Assembly: GCF_009914755.1 (NCBI RefSeq)
Contig: NC_060928.1
Length of the DNA: 64,000 nucleotides
DNA from: the human T2T-CHM13v2.0 reference genome, Homo sapiens
Direction: 5' to 3' (one strand)
This document shows positions 57,011 to 64,000 of the stretch, in pieces. How positions within the stretch are numbered: the stretch's first letter is position 1; the number at the start of each line of letters is the position of its first letter. The notes under the pieces are model-generated. The model was not told the origin of the DNA. It saw nothing but the letters and a program-made list of their open reading frames with translations, and searched no databases. The position numbers were made by a program, and so were the translations under genes.

Positions 57011-57302
57011 GGCCAGGTGTGGTGGCTCACGCCTGTGATCCCAGCACTTTGGGAGGCCGAGGCAGGCAGATCACCTGAGGTCTGGAATTTGAGACTAGGC
57101 TGGCTAACATGGTGAAACCCTGTTTCTACTAAAAATACAAAAAATTAGCTGGGCGTGGTGGTGCACACCTGTAATCCCAGGTACTCAGGAGGCTGAGGCA
57201 AGAGAATTGCTTGAACTGGGGAGTCAGAGGTTGCAGTGAGCCAAGATCATGCCTTGCACTCCAGCTTGGGCAACAAGAGTGAAACTCCGTCTCAAAAAAA
57301 AA
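57011..57302 (+). mobile_element. AluS (Sq-like)
   Basis: Perfect 17-bp TSD AAAATCAAATCCTTCTT (56994-57010 / 57303-57319). Confidence 0.96.
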
Positions 57303-58191
57303 AAAATCAAATCCTTCTTTACTCACAATGCACCCCCAAGCCTGGCCCTCCTTTCCCTTCACCTCATTTCTTCCTCACTTTGCCTCCGTGGTCCAGATTG
57401 ATCTGGAAGAGATGAGTCCCTTCTGACCTCACTACCACTACTGCAGCCTCCTAGCCTACCCCTCTGCTGCTGGAGCCTCCTTCTTCTGACACTTCCTTCA
57501 TCTTGCCAGATTAATTGTCCCCAACCTCTACTTTGAGGGAAACATGCCCCTAAAACTCTCCAAGGCTCTCTATTACCTAGAGATCAGGGTGCAAACTCTA
57601 TAACCTGGAGTTCAGACTTCCATGATCTATCTGAGCTGTTTCTAGGCTTTCGGTTCTTCTCCTCTTCCTTTGTGAATCATCGGTTCTAGCTACAAGGGTT
57701 TCCCCCCACCTCAGGGCGGCTCTGGTTTTCCCATGGCTACCTTTTTGCAGAGACTTGAAGAGTAGAGTCTGCATGTTTTCAACACTTTGCCAATTTAATC
57801 CACCTTTTCAGATGCTATCTGTTTGCCAAGTCCTCTGGGGATGGTCCCTGCCTCTTCTTGGAAGAGACCTCTCTTCTGTGGGCTTTAACTGCTCACTGCC
57901 TTCTCTCTGCTGTTGTCTTTTGTGGGTGCACCTTGGCTTTCTGTGTGTCCATTATCCTTCGTGGGAATTCAGGCTCGTTTGAGAATAAGGACCGTACTGT
58001 GTCTGTTTCATGTGCTTAGAGAGCAAGGACAATGAAGAGGCTTCTAGAAGGTTCTGCCATTGCTTCTATGGTTTCACACAGCTGCCCTAGAGAAAGCACA
58101 TATTTGATGCCATCAGGGCTCATGTATTTGTTTCCTGGAAGTTGTCACAGTGGCCAGGTGGATCATAAGAGTTAGCAGATCAGTAGGTTTC

Positions 58192-58489
58192 TTCAATAAA
58201 TTCAACAAATATTTATGGAGCACCTGCTATGTGGCAGGCACTGTACTTTGGAGAGGGCTAGGGATGGCATAGCGAACAAAGCAGACACCTAGCTCTTGTC
58301 CTCCTTGCATTTATAGTCTAGTAGGAGAGACAGGTAGATAACTTCCAAGTAAACCATCATAACTCAACATGGTCAAGGTGATGTTTGAGATGAGCCAGGA
58401 GACTCTGATCACATAAAAGGAACATGGACTTAGCTTTGGGGAGATAGGGAAAGCTTCCCTAGAAAAAGGATCCTTAAAGATGAGATCTG
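58192..58489 (-). mobile_element. L2 3' relic (resumes after 61535)
   Basis: TTCAACAAATATTTATGGAGCACCTGCTATGTGGCAGGCACTGT...TAGTCTAGTAGGAGAGACAG. Confidence 0.8.
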
Positions 58490-61449
<2,960 letters not shown>

Positions 61450-61501
<52 letters not shown>

Positions 61502-61530
61502 CAGAGAGAGAGAGAGAGACAGAGAGAGAG
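61450..61530. repeat. (TA)n + (GA)n microsatellite replacing the L1 tail
   Basis: Long perfect TA run (~24 units) followed by a GA run. Confidence 0.95.
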
Positions 61531-62789
61531 ATCTGAAAGAGAAAGAAGAGTTTTCCAGACAACAGTGGGATAAACAGCAAACAGGGAGGCACAGCACAGT
61601 GGATTGGAGGAGAGAGGGAGAGAGAGAGAGAGAGAGGGAGAGAGAGAGATAATAGAGAAGAGGAGAGGGTCAAAGACCTCAGGTCATAACACCCAGCAAA
61701 GTAACAGGAAATTGGGACCTGTTTACAAGGACTAGACATAACAGATGGACTTGTTAGAACTTGGACTTGTTCCCTTACAGAACAGAAAGGACAGGCCAGC
61801 TGTCCTCACCTTGGACACTTGCAGTGTTGCCCTGCGTGGGCCCCAGCAGGTGCACAGTATGGCATGGCATGCAGATCATTTTCACATCTGTGCGTTGGGA
61901 ACCTAAGCCAAGTGCTGCCTCCTTTGCCCATGCAGTCAGACTCTTCATGTGCCCCACTCAGACTTTGCCACAAAATCTATTCCCTTCTCAGGCTTCCTCA
62001 AGAAGTCCACCCTCCTGAGTGAATGAGGCTTGCTGATGTTTTGTAAAGGATGCAGGGAGTCATGGGGAGAGCTCACATAGTGGAGCCCAGGCACCTCACA
62101 CCATTAGAGCCTTTTTTCTTCTGGGGCTTCCTTGGAAGTGCCAATGACTTGTTGTCTCCTCCCTCTGCTCCTCAACCTCTCCCTCCTCTCAGGAGGAAAG
62201 CAGCCCCACCTGCTCCTCTGATCCCAGCACCAGCTGACCCAAGCCCCTGCGTGCGTTGATCAAAGCACTTGCCTGACAAAACTGGGTCTCTCCCTGGGGG
62301 AAGGATTCTCATACCAGCTGCTAAAAGGAAGAAAAATAATATTGTTGCGGGGGAAGATAAAATAAGCCTGGGAACATTGGCAGCTGGAGCATCTTATCCG
62401 TATGGACCGAGGGTCTGCTCCAGCTGAGAGCCAGCAGAGGGGAGAGGCATCCTCACTTCTTCTGAACACCCTTGAGTGACTTCCCCTGGGGCTTTCAGTG
62501 GCACTTTTGTAGGTAGTGAGCTCCCCTGCAGGAAAGAGATGTTACTTTGAACTGGCATCATCGTCAGCCCTGGATTTTGTCTATTCTGCTCATTTCCCTT
62601 TCTTCTACTTCCAGTTTTTTAACCCTTGACATTCAACAAATACTTACTGAAGCCTTTCATGTGTTAGGAATAAAACTAGGCATTTACCAAGGAGAGAGAG
62701 ATTTTCTGGATGGGTCGAGGGAACTCAAAGGGGCCTCATGCAGACTGTCCCCTTTCTCCTGGGAAAGTGCTTACGTCCCATCACCATGG

Positions 62790-63241
62790 TGACCACCAAC
62801 ACAGTCATGTCCATCTTGAACCCTCACTTTGAGCACCTGACCCAGGCTAGGTCAATGGATCTTCTCTCTGGGATTTTTGGTCTTAAGAGACATTGGTTAG
62901 TCCCCCTCCTGAAGTGGAGGCTGTATGATGTTACGCTCGAGTGCTTGGGGTGGGGGTGCGGAGGGCACGTCCCCTCTCCCCCAACCTCCAACGTGAGGAT
63001 AAAAGCAGTGTGCATTGAAGAGGAATAAACCAACAGCGAAAGGAACAAAGAAGATTTAGGGGAAAAGTCCTGATGAGATTCAGTCTCCAGGCTTTTCCAG
63101 TTTTCATCAAGCTGGGCTGCATGCCTGCTCTTCCCCCGTATCTGCTTTCTCAATTTTTATTTGCAGTAAAGCCAATAAATTTCCATTTTTGCCAAAACTG
63201 GTTTGAATTGAGATTCTGTCACTTGCAACCAAACTAATACA
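62790..63241 (+). mobile_element. Old MaLR LTR (MLT1K/L-like)
   Basis: 3' end CCAATAAATTTCC...TTCTGTCACTTGCAACCAAACTAATACA. The 5' boundary is uncertain. Confidence 0.55.
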
Positions 63242-63830
63242 AAGCATTCGTTAAAATGAGATACACAAGGTACTTTGAGTAAATGGGTTTCTCTGAAAAT
63301 AAAGAAAAAGGCAAAAAGATGGATTATTCCAAATCATTACAACCTAGAGTATGTGAGAAGGCCTGTGAGTGCCTAGTAAAGTGTGTGATGCTTAACAGAG
63401 CCCCATCCATGTTAGTTTTCATCCTGTCCTCTCATCCCCTTATCTTCTCTTCCTGGAAATCTATTTCAAGTTAGATGCTGGAAAGCAAAAGGCATTTTAA
63501 AACAAGTTTTGTGTGTCCTTGTGTCCTTGTAGATTACTAATCTTCTAAGTGGTATGAAGTAGCCCGGGTGATCTAATGCTTCTCTGATGTCCTACTTTTT
63601 CGTGGGCTCAAGCTGCAAATGCACTTAACATATAGCCAAAATTATATTGGGAAAATCTGAGTCACGGAGGCATATAAATGGGGAGCTCTGTTACTGGAAA
63701 ATCATGGCTTTTAAGAGAATAGATTTTCTATAGAACACTTGGGCACACCAGAAGATACACAGGGTCTTAGTCTGATTGCTCACATAATCAGAAACTGCTC
63801 GGCTTAATGTGCATAAACTTCACAGGTCAC

Positions 63831-64000
63831 TGCTATGGTCTGAATGTTTGTGTCTCCCCAAAACTAATATGCTGAAACCCAAACCTCCAAATGGATGGTA
63901 TTAGGAGGTGGAGCCTTTGGGAGGTGATTAGGTCATGAGGGTCCCACCCTCCTGAGTGGGATTCCCAGAGAGACCCTTGTCCCTTATACTATCTGAGGGT
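63831..64000 (+). mobile_element. MaLR LTR 5' part (MLT1A/MST-like), cut by the window edge
   Basis: TGCTATGGTCTGAATGTTTGTGTC...GGTATTAGGAGGTGGAGCCTTTGGGAGGTGATTAGGTCATGAGGG. Confidence 0.85.

Overview
Primate (human/great-ape-like) non-coding DNA, intronic or intergenic. I found no host protein-coding exon, RNA gene or CRISPR array. The window is a mosaic of transposable elements: 14 Alus, a full-length minus-strand L1PA2-type LINE-1 (23456-29514, 15-bp TSD), a 5'-truncated L1PA6-like element fused to an Alu, ERV1/ERVL/MaLR solo LTRs, hAT DNA transposons, MIR and L2 relics. Between them are repeat-free, CpG-retaining blocks that look like regulatory elements. The only real protein homology is to L1 ORF1/ORF2/ORF0. 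In the full-length L1, ORF1 and ORF2 are killed by point mutations, but the antisense ORF0 is intact. Most notable observations: a ~180-bp unique CpG-rich segment copied into an old LTR 2.35 kb away; a perfect 136-bp tandem duplication with a templated junction; an Alu-L1 unit sharing one TSD; a micro-inverted L1; and an orphan CpG-rich, motif-dense element at ~38.1 kb. I see no convincing evidence of a new biological system. Subfamily names come from recalled consensus features, not from a database search.
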